In this document: positions 38,747 to 49,500 of the stretch, in pieces | Layout of the letters: every line of letters begins with the position of its first letter | Position numbering within the stretch: the first letter of the stretch is position 1 | Assembly: GCA_963693365.1 (NCBI GenBank) | Contig: CAVNZM010000012.1 | Span: 3,348,001 to 3,412,000, forward strand | Length of the DNA: 64,000 nucleotides | Direction of reading: 5' to 3' | Origin: Amoebidium appalachense | Taxonomy: Eukaryota; Protista; Ichthyosporea | Program-made: the position numbers and the translations under genes | The notes under the pieces: model-generated | The model's input: only the letters and a program-made list of their open reading frames with translations | What the model was told of the DNA's origin: nothing | Database searches by the model: none

Positions 38747-40270
38747 ATGCCGAGCACAACCGACTGGACCGTGGCCACCGGGCTGGCCCTCGCCAACCGG
38801 CGCAGAAACGGCTACTACGTGGGGCTCCTGCCCGACAACGCCGCCCACGACCACGACGCATACGAGCTGACGTTGCCCACCACCCGGCCGGCCACCGACT
38901 CGTACGTGGCGTGCGGTGCAGACGGCGTGCTCTCGTTTGTGGCTGCCGCCGACGTGCCCACGGACATGACGGTCAAGAACCTGGAGGCCAGGGTGGTGGC
39001 AGTGGAGGGGGTCAACACCACCCAGGACACCGACATTGCCAGTCTCAAAACCACCACGGGAGGCCTGGACACACGGCTGACGGCGGTGGAGACGAAAGCC
39101 ACGAGTGCCCTCGACACGGCCAACAGAGCGGTGACGATCAACACCGCCCAGACAAACGACATTGCCGGCCTCAAAACCACCACAGGAAGTCTGGACACAC
39201 GGCTGATGGCTGCGGAGACAAAAGCCACGAGTGCCCTCAACACGGCCAACGGTGCAGTGACGGTCAACACCGCCCAGACAAACGACATTGCCGGGCTCAA
39301 AAATACCACAGGGTCCCTTGACACCCGGCTGACGGTCGCGGAGGTGAAAGCCACCAATGCCCTCAACACGGCCAACGGTGCAGTGACGGTCAACACCACG
39401 CAGACAAACGACATTGCCGGCCTCAAAAATACCACAGGGTCCCTCGACGCCCGGCTGACGGCCGTGGAGGTGAAGGCCACCAATGCCCTCAACACGGCCA
39501 ACGGTGCAGTGACGGTCAACACGACACAGAACACGGACATTGCCAGTCTGAAGAGTAGTAGCACGACACTTGGCCTCGACGTCAACCGGCTCAACACGCT
39601 CGTCGGTCTCCACGACACGGCCGTGGCTACCCTGACCACAGACATGGGTGCCATCAAACCCCGTATGCCGCCGGCCGGCGAGGGCATGCTGCTCAGCAAC
39701 ACGTACGGGAGCCGGCGCACGGGCCCGGCCTACCTGACGGTGAAAGTACACCACGCGGCCGCCCAGGGGTGGAACGTTGCCGGAAAGGCTGCATGGGAGG
39801 ACACGATCAGCATATACAGGTCAACGTACGAGCCAGTCATTAAACCCCAGTGTATATCATCGCCGGGGGCCGAACTCATAGTGATTGTCTACTTCTGGAC
39901 ACTAGGGACCAACGGTGTACGCAAGTATGTCACCCACGTGGGCTCCCTACCCATGTCGTGCGTGTCCACATGGGACATAAACAACATCTACCCGTTTGCG
40001 CTAGGCTCCGGCATGTTGGAGGGGGCCATTGTTCCCACAGGGGATGACTTTCGGTTCAAGCTCAAGGTAAGGCTGACAAAGCTCTTCCAGACCGACACAG
40101 AGAGCTATGCAAGCGTTGCCGGCTACAACAACTTTGACGTGCTGGTGTTGGCAAAGTACCCACGGTTTACCGACTACAAGGACAAGGCCAGCATTCCCCG
40201 CACCAACATAGTCACCCACCCTCCCACCTTCTATGCAGACCTTGAATGGGGGACGCAAAATTATTTCTAA
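38747..40270 (+). CDS. Fibre/spike-like protein with 42-aa coiled-coil repeats
   Basis: 126-bp unit at 39014, 39140, 39266 and 39392, partial at 39518; beta-rich C-terminal head. Confidence 0.75.
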   Translation: MPSTTDWTVATGLALANRRRNGYYVGLLPDNAAHDHDAYELTLPTTRPATDSYVACGADGVLSFVAAADVPTDMTVKNLEARVVAVEGVNTTQDTDIASLKTTTGGLDTRLTAVETKATSALDTANRAVTINTAQTNDIAGLKTTTGSLDTRLMAAETKATSALNTANGAVTVNTAQTNDIAGLKNTTGSLDTRLTVAEVKATNALNTANGAVTVNTTQTNDIAGLKNTTGSLDARLTAVEVKATNALNTANGAVTVNTTQNTDIASLKSSSTTLGLDVNRLNTLVGLHDTAVATLTTDMGAIKPRMPPAGEGMLLSNTYGSRRTGPAYLTVKVHHAAAQGWNVAGKAAWEDTISIYRSTYEPVIKPQCISSPGAELIVIVYFWTLGTNGVRKYVTHVGSLPMSCVSTWDINNIYPFALGSGMLEGAIVPTGDDFRFKLKVRLTKLFQTDTESYASVAGYNNFDVLVLAKYPRFTDYKDKASIPRTNIVTHPPTFYADLEWGTQNYF

Positions 40271-40288
40271 CACACTAGTAAACCCACC

Positions 40289-42166
40289 ATGAGCGCTTTA
40301 GCGTGGCACCTTGCCCAGGGGCTCTCCCTGGTGGGCCCGAAGAGCGCAGACTACTACGTCGGCATCCGACCCGATTCGAGCGGGCACGGGCACGACAGCT
40401 ACGTCCTCGAGCTGCCTAAAAGCCTCCCCCGAGCGGGGCCTGCCTTCTTGAAGGTGGACGAGGTGGGGGCCGGTACCTTCATGCCCGTGGCGGAGGTGAC
40501 CGACCGGCTGGACGACCTGGAGAGGAGGGTGGTGCTGTTGGAAAAGGGCATGGTCAAGAACTGGGACGAGCACACCGTCTACGACACCATGAAGGAAACC
40601 TTGGACACTATAGTAAAGGTGCTGTGGGGGGACGACAAGGAGAACTTTGAAGACAACATTGTACGTCGCCTGCTGAGGCTGGAAGGCCTAACCCCCGACC
40701 CCATCTTCCCCTACTCCATGTGGGTCCGGCCAAACTTTTTGTTCTCCGACGGGTGGACGTCGGTGCGTACCATAAACAGACAGATCAAGACAGCCCTGCC
40801 CGAACGCCCCGACTTCCCCAAGTTCCCCATGATAAGCAACCCAGACACCCCACACAGCATGGGCACCCCCCTCTTTTTTGGGAGCTGGGACGAGGAGAGA
40901 CAGACCATCACGTTCCAGACCCACCACTACCCCATGTCTGCACGAACCGCATGCTTCAAGTTCGACCATGTCGGCATAAACGGGCAGGACAAGGACGACG
41001 GCCACACGTACACCAACTTCTACGAAAACGAAACGGACGAGGCAAGACACGCCACCCTTTGGCCCTACACCCCAACCATGGAGGCCGTCATATCATCAAA
41101 CACGTACCCCCTCAACAACAACTACGCCTACAACAAGAAGGGCATCAGCAGGGTCTTACCGTTCATGACGTACGACATTGTCATGGGCACCGTGCCCCGG
41201 GGGGAGCCGCTGCAGCAGCACATTGCCGGCAAGCTCACCGCCAACCTAGACAGCAGCCAGCTGTACGAGCTCAACCAGGTCGTCATCGAGAAGGCCGAGT
41301 ACCTGCACGACGTGCCCATCATCAACACAGAGGTTGACCACACGGACCTGCACGACACCAACAACGACTGGCACATGGACTACATCAACGAGGACAACCC
41401 CGACCTGCCCGGGGGCGGAAAGTTCCCCTACGACGACAAGGTTCTCACAAACTGGATAAAGAGCAGGGTGTGGGCACAGGAGCAAGAGACCATATCGGGC
41501 ACAACCAAGACACGGTACTTCAGGCCGGGCCTCCTGCACTTCTCCAACAGGGGCCCCAACGACTACACCACCACACGCATGGGCTACGTGAAACTTGACC
41601 ACAAGGTCCACTACAAGTTTCCCAGCGTCATGTTTCAATACGAAACCACCGTCAGCGCCGTCGGTGATTTGGGGGGGACCAACAAGAGCGTGTATTCGGC
41701 CCCCAAAGGGTCACTACCCCACCCGGAAATGGAGCTCACGTACAGGGTGACAAGCCGGGTGCTACGTCTAAACTACAACGAAGCCGTTTCCCCCGACCCC
41801 TGGGACGAGGTGGACCAGCTATGGGAACCGGTGGGCTCGGCCCTCAAACAGTACCTCAACACCATACGTGCACACATGCCCAACGGAAAGGTGCCACAGA
41901 GCATGCAGGAAAACGACCTGTGGTTTATGGTGAGGCCGAGGGAGATCCGCAAGGGGGCATGCAAACTCGCACAGAGGTACGGAGGTAAGCTAGGCACGGG
42001 CATTGGCAAGATGGGCAAGAGGAAGGCACGCCGGGCCGCCACCGACTACGACAACTACGCCGCCGAGCTCGAGGCCTGGAAGAACAACCAGGGTAAGTAC
42101 GGGCCCGACCACAACGTCGTGGATGTGGGCGACTGGGACAACGGGCCAAAATGGACCATGCCCTAA
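40289..42166 (+). CDS. Second fibre-like protein (shared N-terminal domain, short coiled coil, large unique C-terminus)
   Basis: 625 aa; N-terminus aligns by eye with the 38747 protein. Confidence 0.7.
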   Translation: MSALAWHLAQGLSLVGPKSADYYVGIRPDSSGHGHDSYVLELPKSLPRAGPAFLKVDEVGAGTFMPVAEVTDRLDDLERRVVLLEKGMVKNWDEHTVYDTMKETLDTIVKVLWGDDKENFEDNIVRRLLRLEGLTPDPIFPYSMWVRPNFLFSDGWTSVRTINRQIKTALPERPDFPKFPMISNPDTPHSMGTPLFFGSWDEERQTITFQTHHYPMSARTACFKFDHVGINGQDKDDGHTYTNFYENETDEARHATLWPYTPTMEAVISSNTYPLNNNYAYNKKGISRVLPFMTYDIVMGTVPRGEPLQQHIAGKLTANLDSSQLYELNQVVIEKAEYLHDVPIINTEVDHTDLHDTNNDWHMDYINEDNPDLPGGGKFPYDDKVLTNWIKSRVWAQEQETISGTTKTRYFRPGLLHFSNRGPNDYTTTRMGYVKLDHKVHYKFPSVMFQYETTVSAVGDLGGTNKSVYSAPKGSLPHPEMELTYRVTSRVLRLNYNEAVSPDPWDEVDQLWEPVGSALKQYLNTIRAHMPNGKVPQSMQENDLWFMVRPREIRKGACKLAQRYGGKLGTGIGKMGKRKARRAATDYDNYAAELEAWKNNQGKYGPDHNVVDVGDWDNGPKWTMP

Positions 42167-42168
42167 AA

Positions 42169-42850
42169 CTACGTGTAGGGGCCCAGCACGTCCATGCAGT
42201 AGAGTATGAGGTACCAGAGGGCAAGCAGGCAGCAGGCGAGCAGTGTGTACCCCAACGTGGTCAGAAACCCGTTCTCCAAACTCCCACAAGTTCCAGTGGA
42301 GCTCGTCAAACACAATGCCTGCCAGTGCAAGGCCTGCATGCACGCACACGCACAGCACAATGTTCCTGGTGAGCACGGGCACGGACAGGGAGAGCATGTA
42401 CCGTGCACAGACGAGGGTGGCACACGCCAGCACGCCCCTCAGCACAAGAAACACGTAGCCAAACACCGACGGTTCAAACACGCACGTCATGCCGTAGAGG
42501 GCACTTAGGGGGAGGAGGGAGGCACACACCATGTACGCCACGGCCCGTGGGAAGAACAACGTGGTCGTCACACGCATGGATCGGGCCCAGCACGCTGCTG
42601 CCAGCATGTAGGCGAGGGGGGGGGCCACATACAGCCACGAGCCCAGCCAGTAGGGTGCCCACATCACACAGTGGCCGGCCACGTCAGGGTGGGTGTCCAC
42701 GTCGAGCCAGGCATACGCCACCCATTGTGCCTGGCACATGACCACACCTGTGAGGGGTAGGATGATGAGCCAAAACATGCATGTACGTTTGGCAAGTTCC
42801 GGTATGAGTACGGCTGTGCCGTAGGACGCCACCACGAGTGCAACACACAT
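42169..42850 (-). CDS. Multi-pass (about seven TM) membrane protein; one frameshift at ~42285
   Basis: Six hydrophobic segments in ORF 41990-42922 and a seventh in the frame ending at 42169. Confidence 0.6.
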
Positions 42851-42951
42851 GATGGCACAAGGTCGACAATCATTCTCACAACTGAGTTGCCTACTACCAT
42901 CTCCGTACGAAAAAATGTGCAACCATAATAAAAGGGAAAAACAAGACCAAG

Positions 42952-43527
42952 ATGTCTAACGTAACCAGGCTCAATCTGCTCACGCGTGCACGCGGGTACG
43001 TGGGTGTGCTAGCCCACCCATCTACTGAAGCCTACGACCTCGTGTTCCCAAAACACCCACCCAAGGAAGGGGAGATGTTGGTTTGCACAGAAAAGGGGCT
43101 AGAGTGGAGACCCTTTACAGAGTGGTTGAAAGAGAATGCAAGCACCATCAGGGACGTGCTACTGCACGAGCACCCCACCCCCTCCCCCCGGCCAGACACC
43201 CCTTTCCCCCACGACCTCCTCTCCCCTACACCCCCCTTTGAGCCCCTCTTTGCCTTCCCCTCCCCACCCCAGTCACCCCCTCCCCCACCACAAGAGCTAC
43301 AATCCGCCGTGCTCACCCTACTCGACGATGATGAGGGTATGGCCTCAAGCACAGGCAGCACGGACACGGAAAAGGACGTCACCCCATTGCACCCACGCCC
43401 CCTCATCCCCGACCACCCCATCAAGCTCCAGGCACCCCCTGCCCCCAAGGCCAAAAAAACGACCAGAAAGACCACCAACACCCGCAGGCCAAGAAGGGTG
43501 CCCGAGGAGAAAGTGTCAACCGACTAG
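42952..43527 (+). CDS. Third, short paralogue with the fibre N-terminal domain and a Pro-rich/basic tail
   Basis: GYVGV...EAYDLVFPKHPP...LVC...GLEW resembles the N-termini of the 38747 and 40289 proteins. Confidence 0.65.
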   Translation: MSNVTRLNLLTRARGYVGVLAHPSTEAYDLVFPKHPPKEGEMLVCTEKGLEWRPFTEWLKENASTIRDVLLHEHPTPSPRPDTPFPHDLLSPTPPFEPLFAFPSPPQSPPPPPQELQSAVLTLLDDDEGMASSTGSTDTEKDVTPLHPRPLIPDHPIKLQAPPAPKAKKTTRKTTNTRRPRRVPEEKVSTD

Positions 43528-43548
43528 TAGCGAGCGCAGGAAACCACC

Positions 43549-46500
43549 ATGGTGGCCAGAGACAAGGGCATTGAGCAGGTGATTGAGGAGACCTACGCCA
43601 CCTTCAAGCTCCCCCCCACCGTGCAGGCACTGTGGCGGCGTGCAAAAGCAAAAGACAAGAGGGTAGGGCAACCGGCCGTGCGTGCCTACCTGTCCAGAAG
43701 AAACACCGGGCAGCAGGAATCCCTCAAGGAGGTGCTCGCCCCCCATCGTATCGAGAGGAAGGACTACCTCCCCACCACAGCACGGCCGAACAGCGTGGCG
43801 GCGGATCTGTTTTTCATGCCACGTTACTCAAAGGCAAACAGGGGGTACAAGGGGGGATTGAGCATGATTGACATGAACACGAGGCAGGCAACGGTCGTGC
43901 CCATAAAGACAAAGAGCTCAGGGAGCGGGAAGAACGAGCACCTCACCATCAGCAACGGGCCGGAGATGCAGAGGGCTGTGCACAAAGCCTTAAAGACCAT
44001 CAGGGAGATGAAGGACGAAAGCAACAAAGGGGAGGAATACCTACAACCTACAGAGGTCAAGCAGATCTTTACGGACAAGGGCACGGAGTTCCTCAGCAAT
44101 ACAATGAAAAAGTACTACGATCAACACGACATCACCATCCTCCCTCAAAAGCCAGGCCGAAAACCACGCAACGTGGCCATGGTAGAACGGTTCCATCGCA
44201 CCCTAAAGCAAGGATTGAGCAAGTACATGGAGGCCAACGACACGGGCAAGTGGACGGGGGAAGGGTTGGAAAACGTGTTGGAGGATTACAACGACACGTA
44301 CCATGGTTCGATCGGTAGAGAGCCCAACAAGATGACCCAGAGGGAACAGCATCAACACGTGGCTGGAGAACAGGAAGCAAAAAGGTAAGCTACGTGCCAA
44401 GATGGGGCACACGGAGGGCGTGCACGTGCGTGCACTCAAAAAGCCAAAGGGACCGTTTGAAAAGGAGGGAAGAAACTGGTCCAAGGACGTCTACACGCTC
44501 GCCTACAAGGATGCAAGTGGGTGGGCGCTACGCAACGCGGCTACAGGGGAGATGAGGAAACACACGCCAGGCCTACGCTACGCTTGGCCAGACACCATGC
44601 TAAAGAAGGTACCACCTACCAGCGTGTCTGTACCGCCCAGCAGCGGGATGCGTGCAGCTCGCAAGGTGTCATCTTCACTTAATTCTCAGCAAGACTTAGA
44701 AGTTGAGTTTGGTATTTATTTATTAGTTGTTGTAGTTTGTTTCCTTTTCCTTTCTTCATTTCTTTCTTTCTTTTCCGTTTCCGTGTACACGACATCTTAG
44801 ATCTGTGTACGTATCGACATACTTAGCTCGCGCACACGTATTGTCGTTTGCGTCAAAATCTATATATGTCATCCAATCATATCTCGTTTGTATTTTCCCA
44901 AATATAGTAACTTACATTCCTTTCTCATTCCTTTCCCACGACGTAGCATTGTGCTATGTTCTTCAACTATTAGGAATAATTATATTTAGACGTGTTATGA
45001 TAAGAACATGTATAAATATATGTTATGAATTAATAGTTACATAAGTGGTTTCATTTTGTTAAATGTTTCCGTGCTTTTATTAGAAGTTTCTTTCATTAGA
45101 GGATTGAGTTTTATATTCTATGTGTCGACAGACATTTTAATCGATATATTTTACACTCATAGTTTTCGTCCTTTTGATTGGTTTATCGTTTCACATTCCC
45201 AAGTATAAAAGGGACCTCATCTTGAAATAAATCATAAGCAGTCGTATTCACTTCCTATGGTTCCAGAAATCGTTCCTCCTCTCCGGTTGTGTTTTTCCCG
45301 TGTGTCTTTGTGTTGTGTTTTACATAACACCCATCTGTGCCCTCTGCTTCTCCGTTTACCCACACAAAATAACAGGTTTACGGCCCCTTTGCACGCTAAC
45401 ACACAATCTCGCTACAACCGCGAAAATCTCTCAGTCTTACTGCTTCAATCATGACTGACAAACCGTCGTATATCAACCTTCCAATATGGAATCCGTCCGA
45501 GAAACGAGACGAGAAACGTCTTAATTATTTCGAGTGGGAGCCACTCATTCACCGGTTCATTAGAACCACCATTGCCGAGAAATTCGTTGACGCTATCAAG
45601 AGGCCACAGTGGGTTGACGGCGCTGAAGCCAACCAGTGGCTAGGCTACACCACCAAGGACTCCTACAAGAAAGCTTCCGACGTCCTCGACCAGATCCTCA
45701 ACCAGTCCGTCCACCCGACCGAGCTCTACGACTCCGGCCGGATGCAAGACGGTGTCCACGGTGGTGAAGTCTTCCACAACCTACGTATGGCGTATGTAGC
45801 AGAGAAGGAGGCCCGAGTCACCCAGATTCAAGTCACCTTCGAGGAGCTTGAACTACGAGACTACCCCAACGTCACAGCATACCTCACCCGTCTCCAACGT
45901 CTGGCTACGACACTTGCCTGCCTCGACGAACCCGTCCAGCACAAGGATGTCGTACGTAAGTTCTTCCTCCACATCCGGAAGAACACAGCCCTGGTCTGCC
46001 CCGACATTGAACGTCTCTGCTCCGACTACTGGATGAACAACAAGGCCTACCCGTCCTTCAACATGCTCATCAGTGACATCCGAGGAGCTGAAATCCGTGC
46101 CGGCCTCATCGACGCAGGCACAGGTGCAACCGTCAACAACCGTCCCCTCCGTGCACTCCAGAGCAGAGTGCTTCCCCCCGGTGACCTCCGTAACCGTATT
46201 CCTCGACGTGAGCATACACCTCACCGTTCCCCGTCCCGTTCCCGTGATCCTCGTCCTCCCTCCAAGTCACCCGGCCCCCGTTCAACTTCCCCTTACCACC
46301 GTGGTAACAGGGACAACCGTAACCGACAACACAACACCAACAGTGTGAAGTGTTCCTACTGCCATGAGCCCCACCACATCACAGCATGCCCGGAGCCTGG
46401 CTGCACAGTTGCTCGTCGTGCCAAGCAGGAGAAAGGTGACAAGAGTGTGAAATTTGCACTCATCTCCTCCACCGGCACACCTGACAGTAACGACCCCGTC

Positions 46501-49500
46501 TGGGACAGTGCTTGTAATGCACACATCTGCCCCATCAAGGAGTATTTTTCCTCCCTTACCCCGTGTCCTCCCACCCCCATTCACGGCCTCGGCACAGTCA
46601 ATGCCAAACAACGTGGCATCATCAACATGACACTGCACTACAACGGCCACCCAACACCGTGCAGCATCAATGCTTACTACGTACCCGAGGCACCGTCTTT
46701 CCTCGTGTCTACCTCCATGGCATCAGCTGCCGGCCTCCTAGGTCATTGTGACGATACAGACAACCACCCGTCGTTCCTCTACAGCCGTAATGGTGACATT
46801 ATTACAGATCTCACCCCCCTCGACGGTCTCTACTACATCACTGACTATGTGATTGAGACTCCTAAACACCCGGGGGTCCAAGCCTACACAGCAAGGACTC
46901 AACCACCCGACGACCTCACCCTTTGGCACAACCGTCTCGGCCACCGTGCCCTCTCCACCGTCACCAGGATGGCCAAGGATGAGCTGGTCATCGGCATGCC
47001 CCCCTCCCTCAAGTCACCCGACAACAGTGACTGCTTCGGCTGCATGTCTGGCAAGACCACCAAGGCCCCCTTTCCCGGCACCCGTTCCAAGTTCACCATT
47101 CCCGGTGCTAAGTGGCACCTGGACTTCTTCGAAGCTCCCTGTGCTTCCTACGGAGGCTACAAGGTTGCTCTGGTGTGTGTTTGTGATGCCACCGGTTACA
47201 CCACCGTGTTCCCCCTTTACAACCGTGGTGAAACCCTCAGCCACATTCAGTCTCTCGTTGAAACCATCGAACGTCAGACACCTGAGATCGTCACCCATCT
47301 TCGGTTTGACTCCGGCTCTGAGTTCACCTCCAAGGACACCGAGGCCTACTGCAAGCAGAAAGGCATCATCATGGAGTTTGCCCCCGTCGACACACCACAA
47401 CACAATGGTGTTGTTGAACGGAAGATGAGAGAACTGCAAGAGACAGTCCGTTGCTTCCTCCATGCCGACAAGGACCAACCTCTCTCTCCCAAGTTGTGGG
47501 TTGCTGCTCTCAAGCATACAAGCTACATCATCAACGTCACACCGTCATCTGCTGCCAACGGCAACACTCCCTTCGAGGCCTTCCACGGCTTCAAACCCGA
47601 CGTCTCCCAGCTCCACGTGTTCGGCTCCCCTGCCTATGTGCATGTTCCCCGGTCAAAGAGGAACAAGCTGGCATCAACCGTCCGAGTCGGCACCTACGTC
47701 GGCTGGGACCTACCCTCCAAGGCACACAAGATCCTCGACCATGCCAGCAACCAAATCAAGATCTGCCGTGATGTGATCTTCGACGAGTCGAAATTCACGG
47801 ACAGCACCAATCAGGTCTCCGTTCCCCCCAAACCCGATCTGCCGACATTGGACCCCCCCTCCGACGACGACGATGAAACTCCGTCTGTGGTCATCTCCCA
47901 ACCGTCCTGGCACAACCAACCAGCCCCGGTTGAACCCGTGCCTCCCCCGAGCCCCCCCCCCCACTGGCCAACAACCCTTGCTGCCGGCCCCCCCCCGTTG
48001 CTGTGCATCAACCCGGCTACATGACTCCGGTTCGTCCTGGGTCCCCCACCTTCCACTCGGCCACGAGCAGCCCTGTGGACACCGATGCCCCCCTCACCAC
48101 CGGTCCTATTCCTGGCTTCCATGCCCCTATCCCGGCCTCCACCACCTACCCGGCCACCACCCCCCTCAAGGACCCCCCCAAGCCCAACCTTCGTCGGTCT
48201 ACACGTCTCACCAAGACTCCAACGGCACTGGTCAGCATCGTAGCACCGACCATCAACATTGACCAGCTCCCCAAGGGCATTCAAAAGCTTTGCAACGGTC
48301 CCAACGGTGATGCCGTCATAGCTGCCCTCACCTCCGAGTACCAAGCCTTCATCACCAAGGATGTCTTCACCATTGTTGATCCCCCCCCTGGTGCCAACAT
48401 CATCAAGTTCAAGTGGATTGTGACTGAGAAAGTCCTCAACTCAGCCGGTGACACCAAGATCAAAGCTCGTGGTGTTGCAAAGGGCTTCACTCAAGTCTAC
48501 GGTGTTGACTACGGTGACACCTCTTCCCCCGTGGTGATGTCCTCCTCCGTCCGTGCCCTCCTTGCCATCGGTGTGGACGGCAACCATGAGATTCATCAAC
48601 TCGACGTCTCAACTGCCTTCCTCAACAGTCCTCTTCAAGAAGACATCTACATTGAGCCACCACCTGGCTTCATCACCCCCGGCAACGAACACAAGGTCTG
48701 GAAACTTAAGAAGGCACTCTACGGGCTCAAGCAAGCATCACTGGCCTGGTATGAGTACTTCGACAAGGTCCTCCTTGCTCACGGTCTCGAACGTCTCCGT
48801 TCAGATCCATGTGTCTACATCAAGACCTTCCCCAACGGTGACATCATCCTCACTGGCAACTATGTGGACGACGTCATCATCATCTGCACGGCCAACTCCT
48901 CCCACACCAAGGATCTAGTAGACCACATCATGAAGTCAGCTCTCTGCAAGGTTGACCTTCCCGACATCTTCCTTGGCACCCACCTCATCCACACCCCCGG
49001 TCACCTCAAGCTGCTTCAGCAATCCTACATCAACGACATCGTCAGAGACTTCAACCTCAACGATGCTCACCCCAAGGCTACTCCCATTCCCGTCGGCACC
49101 GTCATCACCATCAACGAGAACGACTCACCACCCATCAAGGTTCCCTACCGTGAACTACTCGGCCGTCTTTTGTGGGTTGCTCGTTGTTCCCGGCCCGACA
49201 TCTCCTTTGCCATCGGCTACCTCGGTAGATTCAGTGCCAACCCCACCAAACTTGCATGGGAATGTCTACTCCGTGTAGTTCGGTACCTCATCGGCACTTC
49301 CAACCTCGGCCTTCACTACGACAAGTCTGCTTCCGACGACAACACCCCCTTGCTGGAGTGTTATTCTGATGCTGACTTTGCCAACTGCCCCAACACCCGT
49401 CGTTCAACCACCGGATACGTCATCTTCTTCAAGGGCATACCCATCACATGGTATTCGAAGCTGCAGTCCATCACGGCAACATCCACCACCGAGGCTGAGC

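Noticed and set aside
42169-42850. Viral rhodopsin
   Set aside because: No retinal-binding Lys in the last helix.
47940-48024. Programmed frameshift in Copia pol (also in polB, integrase, the DIRS RT and LINE ORF1)
   Set aside because: Most breaks fall in homopolymer runs and at positions not typical of recoding; sequencing error or decay is more likely. Needs a read check.
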